Shown here: piece by piece, positions 27,763 to 38,248 of the stretch
Position numbering within the stretch: the stretch's first letter is position 1
Layout of the letters: every line of letters starts with the position of its first letter
Assembly (NCBI GenBank): GCA_964410915.1
Contig: CAYPIU010000006.1
Location: forward strand, 2,447 to 66,446
Reading direction: 5' to 3'
Length of the DNA: 64,000 bases
Source of the DNA: an uncultured Synergistales bacterium
GTDB lineage: Bacteria > Synergistota > Synergistia > Synergistales > JAFGMB01
The notes under the pieces: generated by a model
The model's database searches: none
The model's input: only the letters and a program-made list of their open reading frames with translations
Told to the model about the DNA's origin: nothing
Translations under genes and position numbers: made by a program

Positions 27763-29504
27763 TAAATTATATCCTCTTTTCTGTTTTCAATAATTCCTGC
27801 CTTGGTTAAAAATACAAGAAAGACAAAAGTCAGTAAATGCAGATCCCTCTTAAATCTCCACGGTTCCTGTACAAGTCTGTAGAACCACTCCAGGCCGCAT
27901 TTCTGAAAAATACCCGGCGCTCTTTTGAGCTTACCTGAAATAACATCAAAAGCTCCTCCAACTCCTACCCCGACAACAGGACCGATCTCCTCAAGATGCT
28001 GATCAAGCCATATCTCCTGTTTTGGGACACCCATTCCAGCAAAGATGACCTTTGCACCAGATCTGCGGATCCTTTCAAGTATCTGAGGTTCTTCTTCTTC
28101 TGTAAAATAACCTGACTGACAACCTGCTATATTGAGCCCGGGGAATTTATGTACAAGGGTATAAGCTGCCGAATTGACAGTATCCTCGCTGGCTCCAAGG
28201 AGAAAGACGGGCCAGCCTTCGATGGAAGCACATCGACATACCTGTTCCATAAAATCAATACCAGTTACTCTTTCCTGGATCTCTGTGCCAAGTAGTTTCA
28301 AAGCCCAGATAATACCCCATCCATCTGCCAGGCAGAGAGAAGAGCCAGATGCAGCTCTTCGGTAACAGGGGTCATATCTTGCCATATGAGCGGCCAGAGC
28401 GTTTAATGTTACCACAAGAAATGGCTCCTCCGCTTTTTTTAAAGCTATTCGTACTTTGGAAATGGCATAATTCATCGATACATTGTCTATTGCAACTCCC
28501 CATAAACGGGGTGCTCTTGATGTAAGCGGATGTGAGTGTACTCTTGAGATGACGGGAAGGCTGAATATAACCACCGATACAACTATGAACATGGTGATCA
28601 GCCAGGCAAGTGGCCCATCGGTCAGCTGGATAACGCTTATTACCGCTCCAAGTGTGGCACAGAGTAAAGTTATGAGATGTACAGCAGTAGGATGTTCTAT
28701 GCCTTTTTTTATGAGTCCTCTGTAAATGTATCTGGGATTTGGTGTCCTGTTAGAAAGTGCAACGGACGCAAAATGGAGTGAAGTCTCCATGATAGGAATA
28801 GCGAACAGCCCAAGAGGCAGTATCATCAGAGTACTGAAGGTAATACCCTTACTGACACCCAGCAGAGAGGTCCCGGCAAGAACCGTCCCCCAGAACGCAG
28901 CCAGTGGACTGCCGAGCTGCCTGTACATGTGACCATGCCTGCTCCAGAAAACGGCAAGTAGGAGAAGCGCCGTGAGAGACATCAGGAAGGCTTCACCAAG
29001 ATCCTGGCCGGAAAAGAAGGTCACAGCAACAGAAAGAATAAATGTTATTGCCAGAAGATGGCCGGACATTCCAGGAATATGATCAAGTTCCTGGATCAGG
29101 GCAGGAAAGATAGCAATCCAGATCGTTGTAATAAGCATAGCCGTCCATCCAGAAAGATACATATATTCCCCCCCCGGGAGACCTATAAATCTGATCCCGG
29201 GCCCCCATAAGGCAAACATTATCCCGATCAGAATAAACAGGAACCGCAAATTCCTGTTTTTGTATTTCTGCTGAAGGATCCCTATCATCAGAGCACAAAA
29301 AGATGCTCCTACAACAAATCTCGAAAGATATCCACCAAACCATAGGACACTCATAAAGAATCCTGTCACAAGGGTAACATCCCTTATGTAATCATACTGG
29401 GATCTGTCCAGTATCTTCTTGTATGATTTCTGACATACAAAAAGACCGGCAGCCAACATTATCAGGGCAACGAAAACTTTGGCAATGTAAGGATATTCAG
29501 ACAA
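27762..29504 (-). CDS. Fusion protein: WecA/TagO-like polytopic membrane domain plus WecG/TagA/CpsF-family glycosyltransferase
   Basis: 580 aa. Residues from about 340 to the end carry WecG/TagA hallmarks (LADGWGIIWALK, GMGVPKQEIWL, GVGGAFDVISGKLKRAP, GLEWFYRLVQEPWR). Residues 1 to about 330 align by eye with WecA TM segments. TTG start follows the AAGGGAG RBS. Confidence 0.8.
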   Translation of the reverse strand: MSEYPYIAKVFVALIMLAAGLFVCQKSYKKILDRSQYDYIRDVTLVTGFFMSVLWFGGYLSRFVVGASFCALMIGILQQKYKNRNLRFLFILIGIMFALWGPGIRFIGLPGGEYMYLSGWTAMLITTIWIAIFPALIQELDHIPGMSGHLLAITFILSVAVTFFSGQDLGEAFLMSLTALLLLAVFWSRHGHMYRQLGSPLAAFWGTVLAGTSLLGVSKGITFSTLMILPLGLFAIPIMETSLHFASVALSNRTPNPRYIYRGLIKKGIEHPTAVHLITLLCATLGAVISVIQLTDGPLAWLITMFIVVSVVIFSLPVISRVHSHPLTSRAPRLWGVAIDNVSMNYAISKVRIALKKAEEPFLVVTLNALAAHMARYDPCYRRAASGSSLCLADGWGIIWALKLLGTEIQERVTGIDFMEQVCRCASIEGWPVFLLGASEDTVNSAAYTLVHKFPGLNIAGCQSGYFTEEEEPQILERIRRSGAKVIFAGMGVPKQEIWLDQHLEEIGPVVGVGVGGAFDVISGKLKRAPGIFQKCGLEWFYRLVQEPWRFKRDLHLLTFVFLVFLTKAGIIENRKEDII

Positions 29505-29662
29505 ATCTACTGTTCTCCCTTATATTTAGCAGACTACTAACATTAAATAGTACTTCAGTACAATTGTACCAAGGACCGGGGGAAATATCCATTACAACAG
29601 GATATCTAAAATAATATTATCCCCAACGGTCAGACATAGTTCAAATATATTGGAACAGATCG

Positions 29663-31418
<1,756 letters not shown>

Positions 31419-31459
31419 ATAGATATCCCCTTTCAGAAATATAAGAGATGGTTAAAGAA

Positions 31460-32707
31460 TCACTTTATGATATTCTTCAGATGCAGAAGATGACCAAGTT
31501 TTTCCTGTTTTGTAGTAAGATATCTGACATTATGTTCATTAGGATCTATCTCGATGGAGATCCTCTCCGATATCTGAATTCCGTATCCCTGTAAACCTAC
31601 AACTTTTTTCGGATTATTTGTCATTAACTTTATACTCTTTATGCCGAGGTCCTGCAGTATCTGTGCACCAAGACCATAATCCCGAAGATCAGCTTCATGT
31701 CCAAGGGCTTCGTTTGCTTCTACCGTATCAAGCCCCTCTTCCTGAAGATTATATGCTTTCAGTTTTTCGAGGAGACCTATCCCGCGTCCCTCCTGTCTCA
31801 TGTAAAGAATGACTCCTCTGCCGGATTTCTCTACTGCTTTCATGGCTGTATGTAGCTGGGGACCGCAATCACAACGAAGAGACCCGAAAACATCGCCTGT
31901 CAGACATTCAGAGTGAACCCTCACTAAAACATCGTTACCGCTTGATATATCACCTTTTACCAGGGCAATGTGAAGTCTCTCATGTTCATCATCATCAAGA
32001 AGGCTGCGATATGCGTAAGCCTTGAAATCTCCATACCTGGTAGGCAGATCTACAACTGCTTCACGGACGACAAGTTTTTCTTTTTCTGAACGGTATCTTA
32101 TCAGATCTTCTATAGTTACTATCACCAGGTTATGCTTTTTTGCAAAATCAGCAAGATCTGGGATACGGGACATTGTTCCATCCTCATTCATTATCTCACA
32201 GATCACAGCCGCTGGAGACAATCCGGCCAGTTTGACAAGATCCACAGAAGCTTCTGTATGTCCAGCGCGTTTTAATACTCCACCTCTCAGGGCTACAAGA
32301 GGGAACATGTGCCCTGGTTTGGCCAACATGGAAGGGGATGAGGAAGGATCAGCCAGAACCCGAGCCGTAAGAGCTCGATCTGATGCCGATATCCCCGTCG
32401 TTGTACCTTCGACTGCATCCGCAGAAACAGTGAAAGCAGTTCCGTGTCTTTCAGTATTATTAACGACCATAGGTTCAAGAGAAAGCCTTTCTGCCTGTTC
32501 TTCTGTTATTGGAACGCAGGTAAGCCCCCTTGCGAACCGGGCCATAAAATTGATCTGGGCCGGTGAAATATTTTGCGCAGGAGCTACAAGGTCTCCTTCA
32601 TTCTCCCTGCATTTATCATCCACAACGATCACCATTCGACCGTTTTGCAGCTCTTCTATCGCCTTGTCAATAGTATCGAACTTGATTTCAGATATTTCAC
32701 ATTTCAT
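31460..32707 (-). CDS. ribBA: Bifunctional DHBP synthase / GTP cyclohydrolase II
   Basis: 415 aa. Contains RENEGDL and HTEASVDL (RibB), plus [21 protein letters not shown] (RibA). Confidence 0.96.
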   Translation of the reverse strand: MKCEISEIKFDTIDKAIEELQNGRMVIVVDDKCRENEGDLVAPAQNISPAQINFMARFARGLTCVPITEEQAERLSLEPMVVNNTERHGTAFTVSADAVEGTTTGISASDRALTARVLADPSSSPSMLAKPGHMFPLVALRGGVLKRAGHTEASVDLVKLAGLSPAAVICEIMNEDGTMSRIPDLADFAKKHNLVIVTIEDLIRYRSEKEKLVVREAVVDLPTRYGDFKAYAYRSLLDDDEHERLHIALVKGDISSGNDVLVRVHSECLTGDVFGSLRCDCGPQLHTAMKAVEKSGRGVILYMRQEGRGIGLLEKLKAYNLQEEGLDTVEANEALGHEADLRDYGLGAQILQDLGIKSIKLMTNNPKKVVGLQGYGIQISERISIEIDPNEHNVRYLTTKQEKLGHLLHLKNIIK

Positions 32708-32728
32708 AAGGATGGTTCACCTTCCTTT

Positions 32729-33394
32729 TCAGCTTGTCCAACCATATCCTGCAAGTTTATCCCAGGTAAGATCCGCGTTTTCTGTATCTGGGTTTGTGGA
32801 TCCTGTAAGTCTCTTTATTGATTTATGGACATACTTCGCAAGGATATCTGTTTCTATATTTACATGATCTCCCTTTTTGAGTCTCCCGAGAGTTGTGACC
32901 TCTAACGTAGTTGGAATAATACCAACTGAAAAAGATTCACTTGATACATCTATAAGTGTCAGGCTTACACCTTCAATTGCAATAGAACCTTTGGGAACCA
33001 TATGTTCAAGCAGAGAACTTTCAGCTTTGAAAGTCATGGTAGAAGTCCGTCCATCTTTTACGACCTCAATGACCTCTGCCACACCATCTACATGTCCACT
33101 GACAATGTGTCCATCTAATCTTCCGGAAACAGGAAGAGCTCTTTCAAGATTAACTTCATAACCAGATGAAGAACTGCCCAGGGTCGTTCTATGCCATGTT
33201 TCAGGTATCATACTGACAATGAAAGAACCAGAGGAGATCCGAGTTACAGTAAGACAGACTCCAGATATGGATACAGAATCACCCACTGCAAGCTCCGATG
33301 ATATCTCTGATGAGCTTATTGAAAGTTCAATTATGTTGGTTTTTTTTGTGATTCCAGTAATTTTACCAACTGTCTCTATAAGTCCGGTGAACAT
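32729..33394 (-). CDS. ribE: Riboflavin synthase alpha chain
   Basis: 221 aa. N-terminus MFTGLIE plus duplicated lumazine-binding repeats (GVCLTV / GVSLTL). Confidence 0.95.
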   Translation of the reverse strand: MFTGLIETVGKITGITKKTNIIELSISSSEISSELAVGDSVSISGVCLTVTRISSGSFIVSMIPETWHRTTLGSSSSGYEVNLERALPVSGRLDGHIVSGHVDGVAEVIEVVKDGRTSTMTFKAESSLLEHMVPKGSIAIEGVSLTLIDVSSESFSVGIIPTTLEVTTLGRLKKGDHVNIETDILAKYVHKSIKRLTGSTNPDTENADLTWDKLAGYGWTS

Positions 33395-34479
33395 TCAGGC
33401 ATCCCCTCAACCCATATATCATTTCCTGCGCGGCTTATTCTAACATTTCTTAAATGGATTGTATCATCCATGGTCTCTATTGAAATATAATCGGAAAAAC
33501 ACAACCCTTTCCCAATGATCCCTGGTGAAATGAACAGACTCACCTCATCTACGAGCCCGCAGGAAAGCATCTGTGAAGCTACTTTTGCACCACCCTCTAC
33601 CATAACTGAATTTATCCCCTTAGAAAGCAGGAATCTCAGTATCTCACCGGGATCAAAAAAGCCATCTTTGCCTCTGTCCAGCCTTATTACCTTGAAGGGT
33701 ATATCCGAAAGATCTCCGGGCCAGGGCACAACGGTGTCAGTATCTGTAATTATAAAACCCTTACCTTTCTTATAAACAGCAGTATCCGAAGATATTGAAA
33801 GACATGGGTCTATGATAACTTTCAACGGCTCTACACCTGACGTATATCTCAGGGTAAGACTTGGATCATCTGACCGGCATGTGCCAGCCCCAACCATTAA
33901 AGCATCATGGCTTCCCCTGAGCAAGTGTGCATAACGTCTTGATTTATAACCGGTGATCCATTTGCTCTTTCCAGATGACAGGGCCATTTTACCGTCGATA
34001 CTGATCGCTGTTTTGAGAGTAACCCAGGGTCTGCCCAGTGTATTTCTCCTTATGAATCCCCTGTTGATCCACTTACACTCTTCCTGAAGAACGCCAGAGG
34101 TAACATCTACTCCGCCTTTGATTAAAATATCTGCTCCCTTACCACTTACTCTGGGGTCTGGATCAAAACATCCGAACACTGCGCGTTTTATTCCTTCCCT
34201 GACTAGCCGTGGTGCACATGGCGGCGTCTTACCCTGATGTGCACAGGGTTCAAGGGTTACATATGCAGTACACCCCTCAGAATTGTGTCCAGCTTTCTCT
34301 AACGCTATTACTTCTGCATGTGGTTTTCCAGCTTCACTGTGATAACCTGTAGCAATTACATTCCCATCCTTTACAAGAACACAACCGACTTTTGGATTAG
34401 GACTTGTTCTCTCTCCCCTGACAGCCTGACTAATTGCCATTTTCATAAAATAGGAATCAATTGTTGATCTCTGCTTCAT
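33376..34479 (-). CDS. ribD: Riboflavin biosynthesis deaminase/reductase RibD
   Basis: 367 aa. Deaminase zinc motif HAEVIAL...PCAHQGKTPPC plus a C-terminal reductase domain. The ATG overlaps the uvrC stop (ATGA). Confidence 0.95.
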   Translation of the reverse strand: MKQRSTIDSYFMKMAISQAVRGERTSPNPKVGCVLVKDGNVIATGYHSEAGKPHAEVIALEKAGHNSEGCTAYVTLEPCAHQGKTPPCAPRLVREGIKRAVFGCFDPDPRVSGKGADILIKGGVDVTSGVLQEECKWINRGFIRRNTLGRPWVTLKTAISIDGKMALSSGKSKWITGYKSRRYAHLLRGSHDALMVGAGTCRSDDPSLTLRYTSGVEPLKVIIDPCLSISSDTAVYKKGKGFIITDTDTVVPWPGDLSDIPFKVIRLDRGKDGFFDPGEILRFLLSKGINSVMVEGGAKVASQMLSCGLVDEVSLFISPGIIGKGLCFSDYISIETMDDTIHLRNVRISRAGNDIWVEGMPECSPDL

Positions 34480-35954
34480 TGTGCCTCTCTTTCCGCCCCT
34501 GAAAGGTAAGTCTGTATCTTCTGGGCAAGAACGGGTCCAATACCTTCAATAGCAGCAATATCATTTACCGGAAGTGATCGGATCCTTTTTACGCTTCCGA
34601 AATGTGATAATAGCACTGCTGCTTTGTGTTTACCAATTCCCGGAATATCCTGGAGAGCATTTCGAGTGAGTTTCCTGTCATAACCTTTTCTATGAGCAGT
34701 AATTGCGAACCTGTGAGATTCATCCCTGACTTTCTGAAGAAGTTTAAGGGCTTTACTTTCAAAGGATAACCTTAAGGGATCTTTTAGATTTGTAGTAAAT
34801 AGAAGTTCTTCTTTTTTTGCAATTGAAACTACAGGTATCCTTTCAAGCTGAAGGGATTCAAGGGCTTCTTTTGCGAACTGAAGCTGGACAGGACCACCGT
34901 CAATAAGGATTAGTTGTGGAAGGGGCTCCTGCCCTTCTATACATCTTTGATACCTTCTCAAGACAGTCTCTTTGATACTTCGAAAGTCATCGATCCCTTC
35001 AACTGACCTGATCTTGAATTTTCGATAAAGAGAAGGATTGGGTATGCCTTGTTCAAATACCACAGCAACACCGTAAGTTGAAACCCCATGAATATGAGAA
35101 ATATCAAAACCATCGATTCTCCATGGTATTGTTGAAAGGCATAATTGCTCTTGTAGATCAAGAAGTACTTCCCATGTATCCTTGTCCAGATCACTTTCAA
35201 GACTTGATGATATCTTGTGCCTGTTAAGTTTCCATATTGCTCTGATGGCATCCCTGTGACGGGCGGCTTCTTCAAAAGCGAGATTCGATGAGGCCTTATC
35301 CATCCTTGATCTCAACCTTTCAACAAGATCAGCGGAATTCCCTCTCAAGAGCAGAATAATGTCATCAACTCTTTGACGATATTCACTTTCTCCGCATTTA
35401 CCGCAGCAGGGTCCTGGACAACGTCCTATTGAGTAATTGATACATGGGCGTTTTGCAGAACGTTTATCAAGATCCATGTTACATGTTCTCAGGGGGAAAT
35501 ATCTCTGGATCAGTTTGAGCAAAGTTCTAAGCTCTCCTGCGGAGATAAAAGGACCCATATAGGTTGCCCCGTCCTTTTGCCGATTGCGTGTAATTATTAT
35601 CCGGGGAAAACGTTCAGAGGTTATCTTGATATACGGATAACGATCTCCCATTTTCAGTTCAACGTTAAAAAAGGGACTGTATTTTCTTATTAGTCTTGCC
35701 TCGACAATAAACGCTTCAGCTTCGGTTTCTGTGCGTATAGTTGTAATATCTGCGATACTGGTAACAAGTTTGTTAAGCCTCGGTGATGCAAACCCGCTGT
35801 GACGGAAATAGGAAGAAACCCGTTTTTTCAGATTTTTCGCCTTTCCCACATATATTACGGTCCCCTTTAGATCATGCATCAGATAAACACCAGGTTTTGC
35901 AGGAAAGTATTTTATCTGTTCTTTTACCTTGTACTGAAAACTTCTATCCATCAT
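34476..35954 (-). CDS. uvrC: Excinuclease ABC subunit C
   Basis: 492 aa. Contains GIY-YIG (PGVYLMHD..VIYVGKAKNLKKRV), a UVR motif (FEEAARHRDAIRAI), an endonuclease domain (DISHIHG) and a C-terminal (HhH)2. It is compact, but all domains are visible. Confidence 0.93.
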   Translation of the reverse strand: MMDRSFQYKVKEQIKYFPAKPGVYLMHDLKGTVIYVGKAKNLKKRVSSYFRHSGFASPRLNKLVTSIADITTIRTETEAEAFIVEARLIRKYSPFFNVELKMGDRYPYIKITSERFPRIIITRNRQKDGATYMGPFISAGELRTLLKLIQRYFPLRTCNMDLDKRSAKRPCINYSIGRCPGPCCGKCGESEYRQRVDDIILLLRGNSADLVERLRSRMDKASSNLAFEEAARHRDAIRAIWKLNRHKISSSLESDLDKDTWEVLLDLQEQLCLSTIPWRIDGFDISHIHGVSTYGVAVVFEQGIPNPSLYRKFKIRSVEGIDDFRSIKETVLRRYQRCIEGQEPLPQLILIDGGPVQLQFAKEALESLQLERIPVVSIAKKEELLFTTNLKDPLRLSFESKALKLLQKVRDESHRFAITAHRKGYDRKLTRNALQDIPGIGKHKAAVLLSHFGSVKRIRSLPVNDIAAIEGIGPVLAQKIQTYLSGAEREAQ

Positions 35955-36075
35955 TAAAGTCTGATTTGACCCCTCTCATTTACTGTTGTAGAGTTAAAAA
36001 AGGTTCCTAACCCCGATCTCAAATTATATAATAAGACAGTAAAATAAATAAGACATTTTAACGGAGGTGCTCCTG

Positions 36076-37488
36076 ATGACCCTGAAACTTTACAACGATC
36101 TTACAAGAAAAAAAGAACTGTTCAAGACCGTAACACCTGGAAAAGTCGGTTTTTACAGTTGCGGACCCACTGTATATAACTATTTTCACATAGGAAATTC
36201 TCGACCGTTCATTGTTTTTGATGTATTAAGGCGCTATCTTGAATATTCTGGATATGAAGTCACTTTTGTACAGAACTTCACTGATATAGATGACAAGATG
36301 ATCAACAGGGCGCAAGAACTTGGTATTACAGTAGCAGAACTTGCCGAAAAGACCATTGCAGATTATTTTGAGGATGCCGATGGGATCGGTGTCAAAAGAG
36401 CTACCTTCTATCCAAGGGCTACAGATCATATTGATGAGATTATCCTGCTGGTCAAAAAACTTATTGAAAATGGTAATGCATATGAACTTAAAGGAGATGT
36501 ATATTTCAGCGTAGCAAGTTTCAAAGATTACGGCAAACTGTCAAAACAATCACTGGATGAACTCCAGTCCGGTGCTCGGGTCGACCTTAACACCGACAAA
36601 AGACACCCTCTTGATTTTGCTCTATGGAAATCACAAAAACCCGGGGAACCGGCATGGGAAAGCCCCTGGGGTCCAGGGAGGCCGGGCTGGCATATTGAGT
36701 GCAGTGCAATGTCCATGAAATATCTTGGAGAAACCATAGACATACATTCCGGTGGCGTGGATCTTACGTTCCCTCATCATGAAAATGAAATAGCCCAGGC
36801 AGAAGCGGCTACCGGGAAACCCTTTGTGAATTACTGGCTTCATAATGGATATCTTCTTATAGATAAGGAAAAGATGTCAAAATCACTTGGCAATTTTATG
36901 ACGGCAAGGGCTGCAAGAGAAAAATATTCACCTCTTGCCCTGAGAATGTTCATCTTGAGCGCACATTACAGATCCCCGATCAATTTTGCCCCTGATGGTA
37001 TAGAACAATCTGCATCAGCAGTGGAAAGACTTCTTAACTGCTGGTCGGACCTTAAACATGCAGCCGGGAACAGGCCTGTAATCGAAAAGAACGACCAGGA
37101 TTTTCTGCAAGAGATAGAGAAGTTTCAAAAACGATTCCAGGATGAAATGGACGATGACTTCAATACTGCCGGCGCCATGGGGATCGTATTTGAAACAGTC
37201 CGTCATATCAATAATTATCTCAAAAATACAGCAGAGCTTGATAAAAATGCCATCGAACGGGCTTTCAGATTCTTCGACGATATCGATCAGATATTCGGAG
37301 TAATGGATATTTCTGACAGAACTATCGAAACAGCGAACGAAGAGATTGAGGGACTTATAAAAGCACGTGAAGAAGCAAGAAAAAGCAGGGATTTCTCCAA
37401 AGCAGATGCAATTCGGGATGAGCTTCTTGAAAAAGGGATCGTTCTTGAAGATACCGCAGAAGGCCCAAGGTGGAAGAAAAAACAGTAA
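36076..37488 (+). CDS. cysS: Cysteinyl-tRNA synthetase
   Basis: The track ORF begins at GTG 36067, which lies inside the GGAGGTG RBS. ATG at 36076 (MTLKLYNDLTRKKE) is the likely start. HIGN and KMSKSLGN motifs are present. Confidence 0.95.
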   Translation: MTLKLYNDLTRKKELFKTVTPGKVGFYSCGPTVYNYFHIGNSRPFIVFDVLRRYLEYSGYEVTFVQNFTDIDDKMINRAQELGITVAELAEKTIADYFEDADGIGVKRATFYPRATDHIDEIILLVKKLIENGNAYELKGDVYFSVASFKDYGKLSKQSLDELQSGARVDLNTDKRHPLDFALWKSQKPGEPAWESPWGPGRPGWHIECSAMSMKYLGETIDIHSGGVDLTFPHHENEIAQAEAATGKPFVNYWLHNGYLLIDKEKMSKSLGNFMTARAAREKYSPLALRMFILSAHYRSPINFAPDGIEQSASAVERLLNCWSDLKHAAGNRPVIEKNDQDFLQEIEKFQKRFQDEMDDDFNTAGAMGIVFETVRHINNYLKNTAELDKNAIERAFRFFDDIDQIFGVMDISDRTIETANEEIEGLIKAREEARKSRDFSKADAIRDELLEKGIVLEDTAEGPRWKKKQ

Positions 37489-37538
37489 TCTGAGTCATTT
37501 CGTTTTACTGAAAACACCAGAATACAGGGGGGATAGTT

Positions 37539-38024
37539 TTATCCTTCTCTGTATTTTTTTTGAAGATATATAACAAGCGGCACTCCAAGACCAAAACAGG
37601 CTATTGCTTCACCAGCTCCAATGTAAATAGAGGTCATGAAAAATGGAAGATCAAGAAACCAGGATAAATAACCACCAACTATGATCATGTTTACTACAAC
37701 CGGTGGTACTGCTGCCATGAAAGGATTTGGCATTTTTCGAGTTAAGATCGCCGCCGTTAATGTAGCAAGACTACCAAAGATCACATCAATTATTCCAAAA
37801 CCACCCAAAAGATTTGCAAGTATACAGCCTGTGAACAGGCCTGGTACAGCCTCTATCCATAAATATGGCAAAAGAGTCAGGGCTTCTGCTACCCTGATCT
37901 GCACAGGCCCATATGATATTGGAGCAAAGATAAGAACAAGGATACAGTACAGACTTGCTATCATACCTGCAGTCACTATATTCCGTGTGGAGATTTCAAA
38001 CCGGCTGTTCAAAAGAGACTTCAT
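37539..38024 (-). CDS. queT: QueT-family queuosine-precursor transporter (ECF S-component-like)
   Basis: The core TRNIVTAGMIASLYCILVLIFAPISYGPVQIRVAEALTLLPY is typical of QueT. The track ORF extends to 38165, but a 161-aa product from ATG 38024 (GGAGG at 38040-38036) fits the family length. The start is uncertain. Confidence 0.75.
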   Translation of the reverse strand: MKSLLNSRFEISTRNIVTAGMIASLYCILVLIFAPISYGPVQIRVAEALTLLPYLWIEAVPGLFTGCILANLLGGFGIIDVIFGSLATLTAAILTRKMPNPFMAAVPPVVVNMIIVGGYLSWFLDLPFFMTSIYIGAGEAIACFGLGVPLVIYLQKKYREG

Positions 38025-38172
38025 TGGAACAGGAACCTCCTGACAATCCACTATCAAAAGTCTTGAGACGCTGAAGTTTCTATCCAGCTCCGAATTGTAC
38101 ACTTTTGATCCCTTCAGGTCCACAGTTTTCCCTGACTTCGCCGGAAAATAAGTGAATATATCCATTGACCTA

Positions 38173-38217
38173 TTGACTGACCAGTTTTGACCATTATAAT
38201 GGTCAGTACTGGTCAGC
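38173..38217 (+). promoter_or_regulatory. clpB promoter overlapped by an inverted pair of CtsR-like heptad direct repeats
   Basis: TTGACT (38173-38178), a 16-nt spacer, then TATAAT (38195-38200). GGTCAGTACTGGTCAGC (38201-38217, plus strand) and GGTCAAAACTGGTCAGT (38192..38176, minus strand) flank the self-complementary ATTATAAT. The clpB RBS GGAGG is at 38238-38242. Confidence 0.55.
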
Positions 38218-38248
38218 GCTTTGTAATTTTTATTATTGGAGGCTTACA

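Noticed and set aside
32022-32867. A 281-aa ORF on the plus strand spanning the ribBA/ribE junction
   Set aside because: It is antisense to two well-supported riboflavin genes and has a Ser/Thr/Arg/Ala-rich low-complexity composition. It has no RBS and no recognizable motif. It crosses a gene boundary on the other strand, which is typical of a shadow ORF.
38031-38045. GGAGGTTCC upstream of queT as the P1/loop of a preQ1-I aptamer
   Set aside because: GGTTC superficially resembles the preQ1-I loop, but there is no complementary CCTCC 3' strand and no A-rich tail ending in CUA. This is more simply the Shine-Dalgarno sequence.
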